64,000 bases of DNA from an uncultured Actinomycetota bacterium (lineage in GTDB: Bacteria > Actinomycetota > Actinomycetes > Streptosporangiales > Streptosporangiaceae). The translations under genes and the position numbers were made by a program. The notes beneath the pieces are model-generated. The model had not been told where the DNA came from, searched no databases, and saw only the letters and a list, made by a program, of their open reading frames with translations. The DNA lies in assembly GCA_963792725.1 (NCBI GenBank), contig CAWBXJ010000001.1:830937-894936 (forward strand), read 5' to 3'. Positions 51,818 to 62,645 of the stretch are shown one piece after another; position 1 is the stretch's first letter, and each line of letters opens with the position of its first letter.

Positions 51818-52210
51818 CTACCGGCGCTGCGGCGTATCGGTGCACACATGCCCGAGCAGTCGCGCGGACAACTCCGTGGCGGGCATGGCCTGACTGTCGG
51901 ACGAGGCGAACACCTGACCGCAGCCCGCGCACGAGAGCGGGCCAGCGGCCTCCACACGCTCGGACCCGCCGTGCCGCAGTTCCATGTATTTGCGGGCGCT
52001 AAACAGCGCTGCCTGAAATTCGGCTTGCGCGACCGGGGATAGCTCGACGCCCAACTCGACGCGCTCGGCCCACCTTTCCCAGATGCCAGCGGTCACACGC
52101 CAGAACCCGTACGCGGGCGACCCTCTCCGATAACGCTGCCGGACTGTCGTCGCGGCTTCCCTGAGTTCGGCACCTGGATCGGCTGAGCCAATATCAGCTG
52201 GTATCTCCAT
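51818..52210 (-). CDS. hypothetical protein
   Basis: 130-aa ORF starting MEIPADIG. The coding bias is acceptable. No family was recognised. Confidence 0.45.
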   Translation of the reverse strand: MEIPADIGSADPGAELREAATTVRQRYRRGSPAYGFWRVTAGIWERWAERVELGVELSPVAQAEFQAALFSARKYMELRHGGSERVEAAGPLSCAGCGQVFASSDSQAMPATELSARLLGHVCTDTPQRR

Positions 52211-52459
52211 GACTACACCCCCGGCGCCTTGCCGGTCCCGCACCTGCGGGCCGGCCGGGCGGTTGTCACCATTCAAGCACTCCGGATGCAGGCACTATTC
52301 AGCCGACACCCAGTGTCGGTGCGCCGAGGAGCATCCCAGCACGCTGCGCCAATCCGGCTTCAGCTGGATCGCCCGGAGTGTCGAACTTGCGGCCGGCCGT
52401 CTATGAACTAACCTGACGCAAGTGCCACGTTATGTCTGTCCGAGCGGAGGTGAGCTGAC

Positions 52460-52675
52460 GTGAGCTTTCTGAAGACTCTGTTCAGCACGACGGGCATCCT
52501 CATCGCGATCTACATTCTCATCGGTGTCTTCGTCAATACCGCGTCTCCCCACCTGCCGGGATCGCCCGCCACTCTGACGGGGCTGCACAGCTGGGTTCAG
52601 TACTTTGTCTCGGTCCTTTTCTGGCCGCTGAGCCTGTGGGGTCCCACCTTCACGGTGGGCAAGTGGACACCCTGA
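52460..52675 (+). CDS. hypothetical small membrane protein (71 aa)
   Basis: It has two TM segments (GILIAIYILIGVFV and YFVSVLFWPLSLW). GGAGGTGAG lies upstream of the GTG. Confidence 0.5.
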   Translation: MSFLKTLFSTTGILIAIYILIGVFVNTASPHLPGSPATLTGLHSWVQYFVSVLFWPLSLWGPTFTVGKWTP

Positions 52676-52709
52676 CGCGAGGGCACGGCCGCGAGCAGGC
52701 GCACCTGCG

Positions 52710-53732
52710 CTAGCCCGCGACTACGTACGGGAAGTTCTCGGCTCGAAGCTTGGCAGCCACCGACGGCCTCAGGCCGGAGGTGGTGGCCGTGTTGAGGACG
52801 AGCGAGAACATCACCTCGGGAGCGTTGTCGGCCAGTGTCCGGCCGTTGATGCCCGCGAACCCGTACGTCGCCAGCGTGCCAACCGTGTACGGCATGACGT
52901 CGGGGAACAGCGTCCTGGCCACGGTCTGCCCGTATCCGTGCGGGTCAGCTGAGGTCCCATTCGCCGCGACGACCGCGGCGATAAGATCGGCGATCGACTT
53001 GCCCTCCGCGTTCATGTCGGCAGACGGGTGCCGGTCGTTGGCGGGGTTAGCGAAGTCAGTGTCATCGGGCCAGAAGATCGGCCACATCATGGGGTGGCCG
53101 AACCGGTTGATCTGCCGCCAGCCGCCTGCATCGGTGGCGAGCTTGGTGGCGCACCAGATCCCGGTACGCTGCCCGGCATGCAGCTGCGGGTGCTGGTGGG
53201 AGACCTCCAGCACGATCGACTCGACGGTCGTACTGGCGAAGCTGTTCCGCGCGCCGCCGGCGCGCCACGCTGACAGATCTACGACGGTGCCGTTCCTGAC
53301 GGCGGCGTTGATGACCGAAAGCTCGTCGAGGTCAACGTAGAACGGGTCCGCGATGCGCCCCGCCCAGATCCGGGTGTCATCCTGGCTCGCCGACTCGCCG
53401 GTGCGGCCTTCGAGCACCAGCGCGCCCGTCGCGCCATCATCACGGGCCTCGTCCCCGGTCAGGGCACGCACCTGCAGGGCCTGCCGTCCGCCCGAGTCTC
53501 GCTCGCCGAAGGAGACGCGGTAGGTCAGCGTCTCGACGTCAGCTCCGTCGAAGTGCACCTTGAACTCATAGCGCGCCTCCGGGTGGAAGCCCGGCTGTAC
53601 GTCGGGCCCGGTGATCGTGGAGTTGACATCCATGATCAACACCGTGCTGTGGTCGCCAGGGAACACGTACAGATCATCGAGATACAGCTGGCCGTTCTGA
53701 CCTGCCAGCGGCGTATCGAGGTGATGAGACAT
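52710..53732 (-). CDS. DUF4331-family protein
   Basis: It starts MSHHLDTPLAGQNGQLYLDDLYVFPG. A strong GGAGGAG RBS is present. Confidence 0.85.
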   Translation of the reverse strand: MSHHLDTPLAGQNGQLYLDDLYVFPGDHSTVLIMDVNSTITGPDVQPGFHPEARYEFKVHFDGADVETLTYRVSFGERDSGGRQALQVRALTGDEARDDGATGALVLEGRTGESASQDDTRIWAGRIADPFYVDLDELSVINAAVRNGTVVDLSAWRAGGARNSFASTTVESIVLEVSHQHPQLHAGQRTGIWCATKLATDAGGWRQINRFGHPMMWPIFWPDDTDFANPANDRHPSADMNAEGKSIADLIAAVVAANGTSADPHGYGQTVARTLFPDVMPYTVGTLATYGFAGINGRTLADNAPEVMFSLVLNTATTSGLRPSVAAKLRAENFPYVVAG

Positions 53733-53871
53733 TCCGCAACTCCTCCCCCCAAAGGAGACCGACTTGTCCACATTCGCTAGGCCGGTACGCCCCCGCCTCG
53801 GCCCGACATCAGGCTAACAACGGCCTCATGTCAGGGCGTCAGCCGGCCTGGCGACCCCTGCTGCCGGGCCG

Positions 53872-54927
<1,056 letters not shown>

Positions 54928-55025
54928 TCACGAGGTTACGAGGACTCACGTGCGGAGGGAGTCCCTGACAGTACCCCTCTCAGCAGGGTCTCCCTCGCGC
55001 GTTAAGCCCGGGCGCGTCCCGGTGG

Positions 55026-55820
55026 TTACGACTCCGTAGCGGGCGGCGTGCTTCGCTCGCGCTGGTGATAGCCCGCCGTCATGCCGCCGTCGACCAGAAG
55101 CGTCGTCCCGGTGATGAATTCCGCCTCCTCGCTGGCGTAGAAGACGGCAGCGGCCGCGACGTCGCGCGCCTCGCCGATGCGGCCGATCGGCGGCACAGGC
55201 CAGTCACCGCTCTCGGGCCGGTCGTCCTGCCCCGGCGGGGCCAGATGGCGCATCCCCGGCCACGTATCGCCGGGACAGATCACATTCGAGCGCACGCCGT
55301 CTGGACCTCCCTCCAGGGCCAGCATCTTCCCCAGCATGACCACGGCCGCCTTGGAAACCGAGTACAGCCCGATGGACTCCTCGCCCCACACGCCTGCGTC
55401 CGATGCGATGTGGATCATGGCCCCACGGCTGCGCGCGAGCTGCGGGTACGCGGCCTGCGCGTACAGGAAGTAGCCCCGCACGTTGACGTCCATCACCCGG
55501 TCGTAGTCAGCCAGGGGCGTGCCCAGCAACCCCGCCTCGACCCCGATGCCCGCATTGTTGACCAGAATGTCGAGGGCCCCGAGCCGCTCGACAGCCGTCG
55601 CCACGGACTGGGTCACGGCGGCCGGGTCGGCGGCATCAGCCGCCACGAACCAGGCCTGGCCTGACCCTGTGAGCGCGGCTTCGGCACGACCGCCCAGGTC
55701 CTGGTTTCGCCCCGTCACGACGACCATCGCGCCCTCCCGCAGGAACCTCTCGGCGATACCGAAGCCGATGCCCGTCGTCCCCCCGGTCACCAATGCGCAC
55801 TTGCCAGCCAGTCGTCCCAT
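55026..55820 (-). CDS. SDR-family oxidoreductase
   Basis: It reads GKCALVTGGTTGIGFGIA, NNAG and YSVSK. GGGAGG lies upstream of the ATG at 55820. Confidence 0.9.
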   Translation of the reverse strand: MGRLAGKCALVTGGTTGIGFGIAERFLREGAMVVVTGRNQDLGGRAEAALTGSGQAWFVAADAADPAAVTQSVATAVERLGALDILVNNAGIGVEAGLLGTPLADYDRVMDVNVRGYFLYAQAAYPQLARSRGAMIHIASDAGVWGEESIGLYSVSKAAVVMLGKMLALEGGPDGVRSNVICPGDTWPGMRHLAPPGQDDRPESGDWPVPPIGRIGEARDVAAAAVFYASEEAEFITGTTLLVDGGMTAGYHQRERSTPPATES

Positions 55821-55882
55821 GTCGCGGCGACCTCCCAACTCCTGTCGTCAGGGCACCCTGATCCGGATTCGCGCTGGCGCCG

Positions 55883-56941
55883 TCACCGGGCCGGCCCGGC
55901 GGGCTCGGACGTGGCGGCGATATCCGCCATGAGCTCGACGGCGGCCGCCTGAGTGGTGCCGACCAGCATTCCGGTGATGCCGCAGTCGGCCCAGGCGCCA
56001 TACCTCTCGCGGATGCGGCCAGGCGAGCCGACGAGCGCCTGCTCGTCCACGAACTCGTCCGGCACAGCGTCGGCGGCCTCGGCCTTGCGGCCCGCGCGGA
56101 ACAGCTCCTCGATCCTGGCCGCTGCGTCGGCGTACCCTTGCTGTTCCATCGCGCGCTTGTGGAAGTTAATCGTCGGGTGACCCATGCCGCCGACATACAA
56201 CGCGATGTTCGGCTTCATGGCCTGCAGCGCTTCCTGCACGTCGTCGGTGACCCTGACCCCGACGAGCGCGTCAAAGGAAAAGCTGTCCCACGACTTGCCG
56301 TTACCCGCCCGCGCGAAGCCTTCCTCGATGGCCCGCCGGAACCGCGGCATCTCCCGTGGCACGAACCGAAGCGGGAGCACTCCGTCGCACAGCTCGCCGC
56401 ACAACCGGAGCATCGGCTCCGAGCCGCTGCCCAGGTAGATCGGAATCTTGCCGGCCGGATGCAGGATCGACTGGAGCGGCTTGCCCAGGCCGATGGCCCC
56501 CTCCCCCGCGAAAGGAAGGGAGATCTCCCTGCCTTCATGCGACACCGGGCCCTCGCGCCGGAAGATCTGCTGCATGATCTCGATGTAGTCGCGCACGCGC
56601 CAGTACGGCTTGCCCCACGGCTGGCCGTACCACCCCTCGACGATCTGCGGGCCGGAGACTCCCAGCCCGACGATCATCCGTCCGCCGCCGGCCAGGCCGT
56701 CGATCGTCATGGCCTGCATCGCGCACATCGCCGGCGGCCGCCCCGCTACCTGCGCGATCGCCGTCCCCAGGCGAATCCGCGACGTCTGCGCCGCGATCCA
56801 GGCGAGCGGCGTCATCGCGTCCGACCCGTACGCCTCGGCCGTCCACACCGAGTCGTATCCTCGCCTCTCGGCTAGCTTGACCAACTCGATCGGCACATTG
56901 ACCCTGGCACCTGAGTAGCCCACCATCAGCCCGAGCTTCAT
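55883..56941 (-). CDS. LLM-class (luciferase-like) F420-dependent oxidoreductase
   Basis: It reads MKLGLMVGYSGA...YDSVWTAEAYGSDAMTPLAWIAAQTSRIRLGTAI. Confidence 0.88.
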   Translation of the reverse strand: MKLGLMVGYSGARVNVPIELVKLAERRGYDSVWTAEAYGSDAMTPLAWIAAQTSRIRLGTAIAQVAGRPPAMCAMQAMTIDGLAGGGRMIVGLGVSGPQIVEGWYGQPWGKPYWRVRDYIEIMQQIFRREGPVSHEGREISLPFAGEGAIGLGKPLQSILHPAGKIPIYLGSGSEPMLRLCGELCDGVLPLRFVPREMPRFRRAIEEGFARAGNGKSWDSFSFDALVGVRVTDDVQEALQAMKPNIALYVGGMGHPTINFHKRAMEQQGYADAAARIEELFRAGRKAEAADAVPDEFVDEQALVGSPGRIRERYGAWADCGITGMLVGTTQAAAVELMADIAATSEPAGPAR

Positions 56942-57004
56942 CCCGGCAATGTCCCTTCCGGTTGCGGCGTTACTGCCGTTTGTATCGGTCCGGCCTGCGA
57001 GATG

Positions 57005-58405
57005 CTAGCCGCGTCCGCGACCTGCAGGGCCGTCCGGTAGATCCACTGGCCACAGGACACCAGGGTTGAGCAGCCCGAGCGGATCGAATGCGGCCTTGAT
57101 CGAGCGCATGACGTCGATCTCGGCCTGACTCCGAGACAGGCCCAGCCAGGGCGCCTTGGCTCGGCCGATCCCATGCTCAGAGCTGATCGAGCCGCCGATG
57201 CTCGCGACCAGCGACAGTACAGCGACAGTGACGTCCTCGCCGTCGCCCGGCCCGATGACGTTGACGTGCAGGTTCGCTTCCGCCAGATGGCCGAAGATCA
57301 CCAGCCGGGCGGCCGGCTCGACCGAGGCGATCACGGTCGGCAGCCGCTCCACTAGCTCGGCCAGCAGGCCTAGTGGCACCGACACGTCCAGCTTCACGGG
57401 TACGCCGACCGAGCTGATCGCTTCGGTATGCCGCTCGCGCAGCGCCCACAACTGGGCCCGGTCGGCGGCGGACGAGGCGACGGTAGCGTCGAGCACCTGC
57501 GGGCACGTCTCCAGCGCAGCGAGCAGGTCGTCCAGGGGATCGGCTGCGGCCGCCACCTCGACCAGGACATACGCCTCGCCTGCCCCTGCCAGCGGCGCCC
57601 GTACGCCGAGGTGGCGAGCAACGAGCGCGAGACCAGAGGCAAAGCAGAGCTCGGCCGCGCTGAGACCGGGCAGCCGCGATCGCAGCGCCGCGAGCAGGTC
57701 GACGGCGTCGGCCGTACCACCTACCGCGATCAGCGCGACGGCGCGCTCTGGCTCGGCCGGGACCAGGCGCAGCCGCAGCCGGGTGATGACCGCGAGCGTG
57801 CCCTCGGACCCGGCCAGCAGGTGCCCGATGTCGTATCCGGTGCTGTCCTTGGCGAGGCCGTCCAGCCGGGACACGATCCGCCCGTCGACGAGCACGGCTT
57901 CGACGCCGGCGACCTGGTCGCGCATGCTCCCGTACCGAAGCACGCGGATGCCGCCGGCGTTAGTGGCAACCATGCCACCCACGGTGGCCGAGTCGCGAGC
58001 GGCGAGATCGACACCGAAGTCGAGGCCTGCTGCCCGCGCGTGCGCGGTCAGCGCTGCCAGCGTCACGCCCGCACCGGCGGTAACCTGCCGGGAGATCGGG
58101 GATATCTCGCCGAGCTCGGTGAGCCGGGTGGTCAGCAGCACCACCGGCGTCTCGGTCTGCCCTGGCGCCGGGACGCTGCCGCCCACCAGGCCGGTCTTGC
58201 CCCCCTGCACCACGACTGGGACCGCGGCCGCGGCGCACGCGGTCAGGACGCGCGCGACCTGCACGGTCGAGGCTGGGCGCACGACCGCGCGTGACTGGCC
58301 GGAGAACCGGCCGGTCCAGTCGGTCTCGTACGACGCTCGCAGGTCAGCGTCGAGGAGGACATGCTCGGGTCCGACAGCCGCCCGGAGCGCCGCCTCCAGC
58401 GTCAA
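57005..58405 (-). CDS. FAD-linked oxidase (GlcD / D-lactate / D-2-hydroxyglutarate dehydrogenase family)
   Basis: The FAD-binding PCMH region reads VVRPASTVQVARVLTACAAAAVPVVVQGGKTGLVGGSVP. The C-terminal oxidase domain reads SEHGIGRAK. Its TTG start overlaps the serA stop (TTGA). Confidence 0.85.
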   Translation of the reverse strand: MTLEAALRAAVGPEHVLLDADLRASYETDWTGRFSGQSRAVVRPASTVQVARVLTACAAAAVPVVVQGGKTGLVGGSVPAPGQTETPVVLLTTRLTELGEISPISRQVTAGAGVTLAALTAHARAAGLDFGVDLAARDSATVGGMVATNAGGIRVLRYGSMRDQVAGVEAVLVDGRIVSRLDGLAKDSTGYDIGHLLAGSEGTLAVITRLRLRLVPAEPERAVALIAVGGTADAVDLLAALRSRLPGLSAAELCFASGLALVARHLGVRAPLAGAGEAYVLVEVAAAADPLDDLLAALETCPQVLDATVASSAADRAQLWALRERHTEAISSVGVPVKLDVSVPLGLLAELVERLPTVIASVEPAARLVIFGHLAEANLHVNVIGPGDGEDVTVAVLSLVASIGGSISSEHGIGRAKAPWLGLSRSQAEIDVMRSIKAAFDPLGLLNPGVLWPVDLPDGPAGRGRG

Positions 58406-59598
58406 GACAGGACCCGCAGCCGGACGGTCGGAGTCATCTCCCGCAGCCGCTCCACGACCTCGTCCGGATAGTCGATGCCGATGTCGGTCAGCGCGTATCC
58501 GAGTTCACCGCGAGTGCCGAGCAGCTGGGCCTCGACGTTCACGCCATGCGCGGCCAGCACCGAGTTGATCTCCGCCATCACGCCGGGCACATTCCGGTGG
58601 AGGTGCGCGAGCCGGTGCGTCCCGGTGGCCGGGGGCAGCGCGACCTGCGGCAGGTTCACTGACAGAGACGTCGCCCCCTCGGCGACGAAGTCGGCCAGCT
58701 TGCTGCCGACAAAGGCACCGATGTCGGCCTGCGCTTCCTCCGTTGACCCGCCGATGTGCGGGGTGAGGATCACGTTCGGCAGGCCGCGCAGGACCGACGC
58801 GAATCCCTCGCCGGCCGCATGTGGCTCCTCAGGGAAGACGTCGACGGCCGCCCCGGCGAGGTGCCCGGAGATCAGGTGAGTGCGCAGGGCATCGTGGTCG
58901 ACCACGAAGCCGCGGCACAGGTTCAGGAACAGGGCCCCCCGCCGCATCCGGCTGAATTCCTTCTCACCGAACAGGGAACTGTTGGACGGCCGGCCGTCTA
59001 CGTGCAGGCTCACCACGTCGGACGCCTCGAGTAGCTCGTCCAGGCTGACGCAGCGCCGCGCGTTCCCGAGCGCCAGCTTGTCGGCGGTGTCGTAGAACAG
59101 GACGCGCATGCCGAGCGCCTCGCTGACGACCGACAACTGCGCGCCGATGTTCCCGTATCCGACGATTCCGAGCGTGCGGCCGCGGACCTCATGCGCGCCG
59201 CTGGCCGACTTGTCCCAGACGCCGGCGTGCATCGCCCGGTCCTTCTCGGTGAGCCGGCGCGTCAGCGCGATGATCTCGGCGAGGGTTAGCTCCACAACGC
59301 TGCGCGTATTGGAGTATGGCGCGTTGAATACCGCCACGCCGAGCGCCGATGCGGCCGCTAGGTCGATCTGGTCGGTACCGATGCAGAACGCCCCCACGGC
59401 AAGGAGATCCGGCGCGCTGGCCAGCACCGCTGAGCTGAGCCGGGTCTTCGACCGGATGCCGACCAGCACCACGCCGGGCAGCGCCTCGGCAAGCTCGGGC
59501 TCCCCGAGCGCGCCCGGCCGCTGGATGACCTCCAGCCCGGTCTCTTCGAGCAGCCGGACAGCCTCGCGGTGCACATTCTCCAGGAGCAGCGCCTTCAC
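58402..59598 (-). CDS. serA: D-3-phosphoglycerate dehydrogenase with C-terminal ACT domain
   Basis: It reads GIVGYGNIGAQLS and TPHIGGST, followed by an ACT-like tail (HRLAHLHRNVPGVMAEINSVLA). Confidence 0.88.
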   Translation of the reverse strand: MKALLLENVHREAVRLLEETGLEVIQRPGALGEPELAEALPGVVLVGIRSKTRLSSAVLASAPDLLAVGAFCIGTDQIDLAAASALGVAVFNAPYSNTRSVVELTLAEIIALTRRLTEKDRAMHAGVWDKSASGAHEVRGRTLGIVGYGNIGAQLSVVSEALGMRVLFYDTADKLALGNARRCVSLDELLEASDVVSLHVDGRPSNSSLFGEKEFSRMRRGALFLNLCRGFVVDHDALRTHLISGHLAGAAVDVFPEEPHAAGEGFASVLRGLPNVILTPHIGGSTEEAQADIGAFVGSKLADFVAEGATSLSVNLPQVALPPATGTHRLAHLHRNVPGVMAEINSVLAAHGVNVEAQLLGTRGELGYALTDIGIDYPDEVVERLREMTPTVRLRVLS

Positions 59599-60115
59599 CG
59601 GGCCAGGCTAACGGACGCCGGCGGTCGCCCCGGCCGGGTGGGTGGCCCGTCGCGCCCCGAGGCGACCGCGGGAGTCAGCTCGCCATGATCGTATTTTCCC
59701 GACAGATCAGACTCATACGTAGAGCGCGTGTTACGCTACCGTGCGTCACGTAGCGGCAGTGCGGGAGCTGGTGTGGGAATCCTCTGGATCGCCGATAGTG
59801 CGTTAGCTGATGTCAGCACTGCCCGTCAGTATCGTTATCGGCCGCGGCATGCCGCGCCATCGCTGCCGGTGCGCATCGTGCGGGCGGGCCAGAGCCGGAT
59901 CCAGGCCCTGGTCGACGGCGGCCTTGATATGGCGGCCGGCCGTCGCTCACCCCGTTCCCTTCGCACCGGTCCCGTCAGCAGCGGCTGGGAGCGGGAGCCG
60001 ACGCCGGCGGCCAGCGTGATGTCCGCGACGGCGCGCAGTGTCGGCACGGGCGGCGCGACCGCGGCGACGACCAAGCCACTCCCCCGCGTCGCCTGACCGG
60101 ATCGAGCGCAGACCC

Positions 60116-60487
60116 GTGGACGAGGCAGTGCGCGACTACATCGCGGCCGTCCCGGCCGCACATCGCGCGCTGTTCGACCGGATCCACGGGCTGATCGTGG
60201 CCGCTTACCCCGACGCAGCCGTCGTGCTGTCGTACAAGATGCCCACCTACAAGCTCGGCGGCCGGCGCCTCTACGTGGGCGCATGGAAACACGGGGTATC
60301 GATTTACGGCTGGGACAAAGGGCGCGACGCCGGATTCGTGGAGCGCCACCCCGAGCTCAAGACGAGCACGGGCACCATCAGGCTCCGGCCGCAGGATGCG
60401 GCCGGCCTAGCCGATGAGGAGCTCCGCGACCTGGTGCGCGCAGCCCTCGGCCCCGGCTCGGGAGCGGACCCCGCCGCGTCCCCCTGA
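60116..60487 (+). CDS. DUF1801 (YdhG-like) domain protein
   Basis: It reads VRDYIAAVPAAHRALFDRIHGLIVAAYPDAAVVLSYKMPTYKLGG. The start is a GTG at 60116. Confidence 0.78.
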   Translation: MDEAVRDYIAAVPAAHRALFDRIHGLIVAAYPDAAVVLSYKMPTYKLGGRRLYVGAWKHGVSIYGWDKGRDAGFVERHPELKTSTGTIRLRPQDAAGLADEELRDLVRAALGPGSGADPAASP

Positions 60488-60561
60488 TGCGACTCAGCTG
60501 CCGGGCACCACACCTGCGCGCGACCACGTCGACAACCGGCATGGCACTAGTGGCAGCTGCA

Positions 60562-61734
60562 TCAGTCCCAGATCGCCGCGCCTGTGCTGGCGTCGAAGAA
60601 ATGCAGCTTGCTGGTCTCGACGTGAACGCGCGCGTTCTGGCCTTCGGCCAGTGCCGTCTGCGGATCCATCCGGGCGACCATGGTGGCCAGCGACGTAACA
60701 TCCTGCGCCGCCGCCTCCGAGTGATGGGCCACGGCGCCGATGCCGCAGTGGATCTGCACGTCGGAGCCGAGCTCCTCGCGCAGCCGCACCGGCAGCTCGA
60801 TCACCGAGGCGGCCTCGACGTCACGCATCAGCGCCGCGTCCGCCAGATGCTCCGGCCGCACGCCGAGCACGATGTCCCGGCCGAGATACCGGTCAAGGCC
60901 CGGCCGATCCGCCGTGACCTGCGCCGGGATGCCAAGCTGGTGACCGCCGAAGACCACCTGCGGGCCACCCGAGCCGTCGCCGCCGCGCTCGAGCTTGGCA
61001 TCGATCAGGTTCATCGGCGGCGACCCGATGAAGCCGGCCACGAACAGGTTGGCCGGGCGCCGGTACAGCTCCTGCGGCGCCGCGATCTGCTGGAGCACGC
61101 CGTGCTGGAGAACCGCGACGCGGCTGCCCAGCGTCATCGCCTCGGTCTGGTCATGGGTGACGTAGATGGTCGTGATGGCGAGGGAACGCTGCAGCTGCGC
61201 GATCTCGGCGCGCATCTGCACCCGGAGCTTGGCGTCCAGGTTGGACAGCGGCTCGTCCATCAAGAAGGCGCGCGGCTGGCGCACGATCGCGCGGCCCATC
61301 GCCACCCGCTGGCGCTGCCCGCCCGACAGCTGCCGCGGCTTGCGCTCCAGGTAGGGCTCGAGCTCCAGGATCCGCGCGGCCTCATCGACCCGCTTCTTCA
61401 CCTCGGCCTTCGAGACGGCCTTGCGGTACTTCAGGCTGAACGCCATGTTGTCGTACACCGACAGGTGCGGGTAGAGGGCATAGCCCTGAAAGACCATGGC
61501 GATGTCGCGATGACGCGGCTCCAGGTCGTTGACCGCGCGGCCGTCGATGTAGATGGTCCCGGAGCTCACCTCTTCGAGCCCGGCGACCATCCGCAGCGCC
61601 GTCGTCTTGCCGCAGCCGGACGGGCCGACGAGCACGAGCAGCTCGCCATCGAGGACCTCGAGGTCCAGTGACTTGACCGCAGTGGTCCCGCCAGGGAACT
61701 GCTTGGAGACCGCGTCGAGCACGATCCGGGACAT
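60562..61734 (-). CDS. sugar ABC transporter ATP-binding protein (MsiK/UgpC/MalK-like)
   Basis: Walker A reads GPSGCGKTT. The signature reads LSGGQRQR. Walker B reads FLMDEP. I chose the start at MSRIVLDAVSK (61734). Confidence 0.9.
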   Translation of the reverse strand: MSRIVLDAVSKQFPGGTTAVKSLDLEVLDGELLVLVGPSGCGKTTALRMVAGLEEVSSGTIYIDGRAVNDLEPRHRDIAMVFQGYALYPHLSVYDNMAFSLKYRKAVSKAEVKKRVDEAARILELEPYLERKPRQLSGGQRQRVAMGRAIVRQPRAFLMDEPLSNLDAKLRVQMRAEIAQLQRSLAITTIYVTHDQTEAMTLGSRVAVLQHGVLQQIAAPQELYRRPANLFVAGFIGSPPMNLIDAKLERGGDGSGGPQVVFGGHQLGIPAQVTADRPGLDRYLGRDIVLGVRPEHLADAALMRDVEAASVIELPVRLREELGSDVQIHCGIGAVAHHSEAAAQDVTSLATMVARMDPQTALAEGQNARVHVETSKLHFFDASTGAAIWD

Positions 61735-61744
61735 GTACTTGCTC

Positions 61745-62645
61745 CTATCCGGCGTAACAAACCAGTGCTTGCCCGCGTACGCCCGGCCGGGCCCGCAGCA
61801 GATGTCCGGCCAGCGGCTCAGCGTCACGCTGCTTCTCGTCCAGGCCCTCCCAGGCGGTCGTGAGATACAGCTCATCCAGACCCCGGCCACCGAAGCCAGG
61901 GCAGGTAGGCCGGCTGCACCGGGACCGGGTAGAGCCCGAGTGGCTCGCCCTCGGCTGAGTACCGCCGGACGCAGCCGCCATCCCACATGGCGATCCACAG
62001 GCACCCCTGCGCGTCGACGACGAGGCCGTCGGCGATTCCGTCCTCCGGCGCGAACTGGATCAGGTCACGCTCATCGGCCAGCTCGCCGCTTCGCAGATCG
62101 AAGCCGAAGGCCCGCACCCGTGACTGCTCTTCACCAGAGTCGGTGTAGTAGAAGGTGGCCGCGTCGGGGCTCCAGCCGAGGCCATTCGACTCGGTCACCC
62201 CGCCGAAGACCTCGGTGACCGAGCCGTCTGGATCCAGCCGGTACAGCGACGCGGTGCCGGACCGGCCGTCGGTGGCCGCGGTGCCGGCCCAGAACCGCCC
62301 GGCCGGATCGCACGCGCCGTCGTTGAATCGCACGTTCGCCGGCATGCCCGGCGGGACCAGCGGCGGACCGGCGGCCGCGCCGTCCGCTGCGATCAGCCGG
62401 AACCCGTCGGCCGCCGCGAGGACGTAGCCGCCGCGGCCGCGGGGCGCGACGGCACCGACTGCGACCGGGGCGGCCGCGACGACGCTGTCGCCGTCGGCAG
62501 CCAGCTGATGGACCTGCCCGGCGTTGATGTCGACCCAGATCAGGCCGCCCCTGGCCGCGTCCCAGACCGGCCGCTCACCGAGCTCGACTTCGGGCGCCGC
62601 GGTGACCTCCCACGTCAGCTGCGTGCCGGTCGCAGCGCTGGTCAC
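61745..62645 (-). pseudogene. SMP-30/gluconolactonase/LRE-family protein, split by one frameshift near its 3' end
   Basis: ORF 61872..62645 carries the beta-propeller repeats. The family-typical tail PTCPGFGGRGLDELYLTTAW...AEPLAGHLL is in the frame of ORF 61745..61981. The frames switch within 61901-61920. Confidence 0.78.

Noticed and set aside
59599-60115. About 500 bp upstream of serA with ORFs 59728..60096(+) and 59835..60284(-); also considered a riboswitch or leader RNA
   Set aside because: Patches of high GC3 occur on both strands (e.g. minus-strand GLVVAAVAPPVPTLRAVADITLAAGVGSRSQPLL), but no coherent protein, start or family motif emerges. I could not match any riboswitch consensus by eye. 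I left the region unannotated. A covariance-model scan (Rfam) would be decisive.
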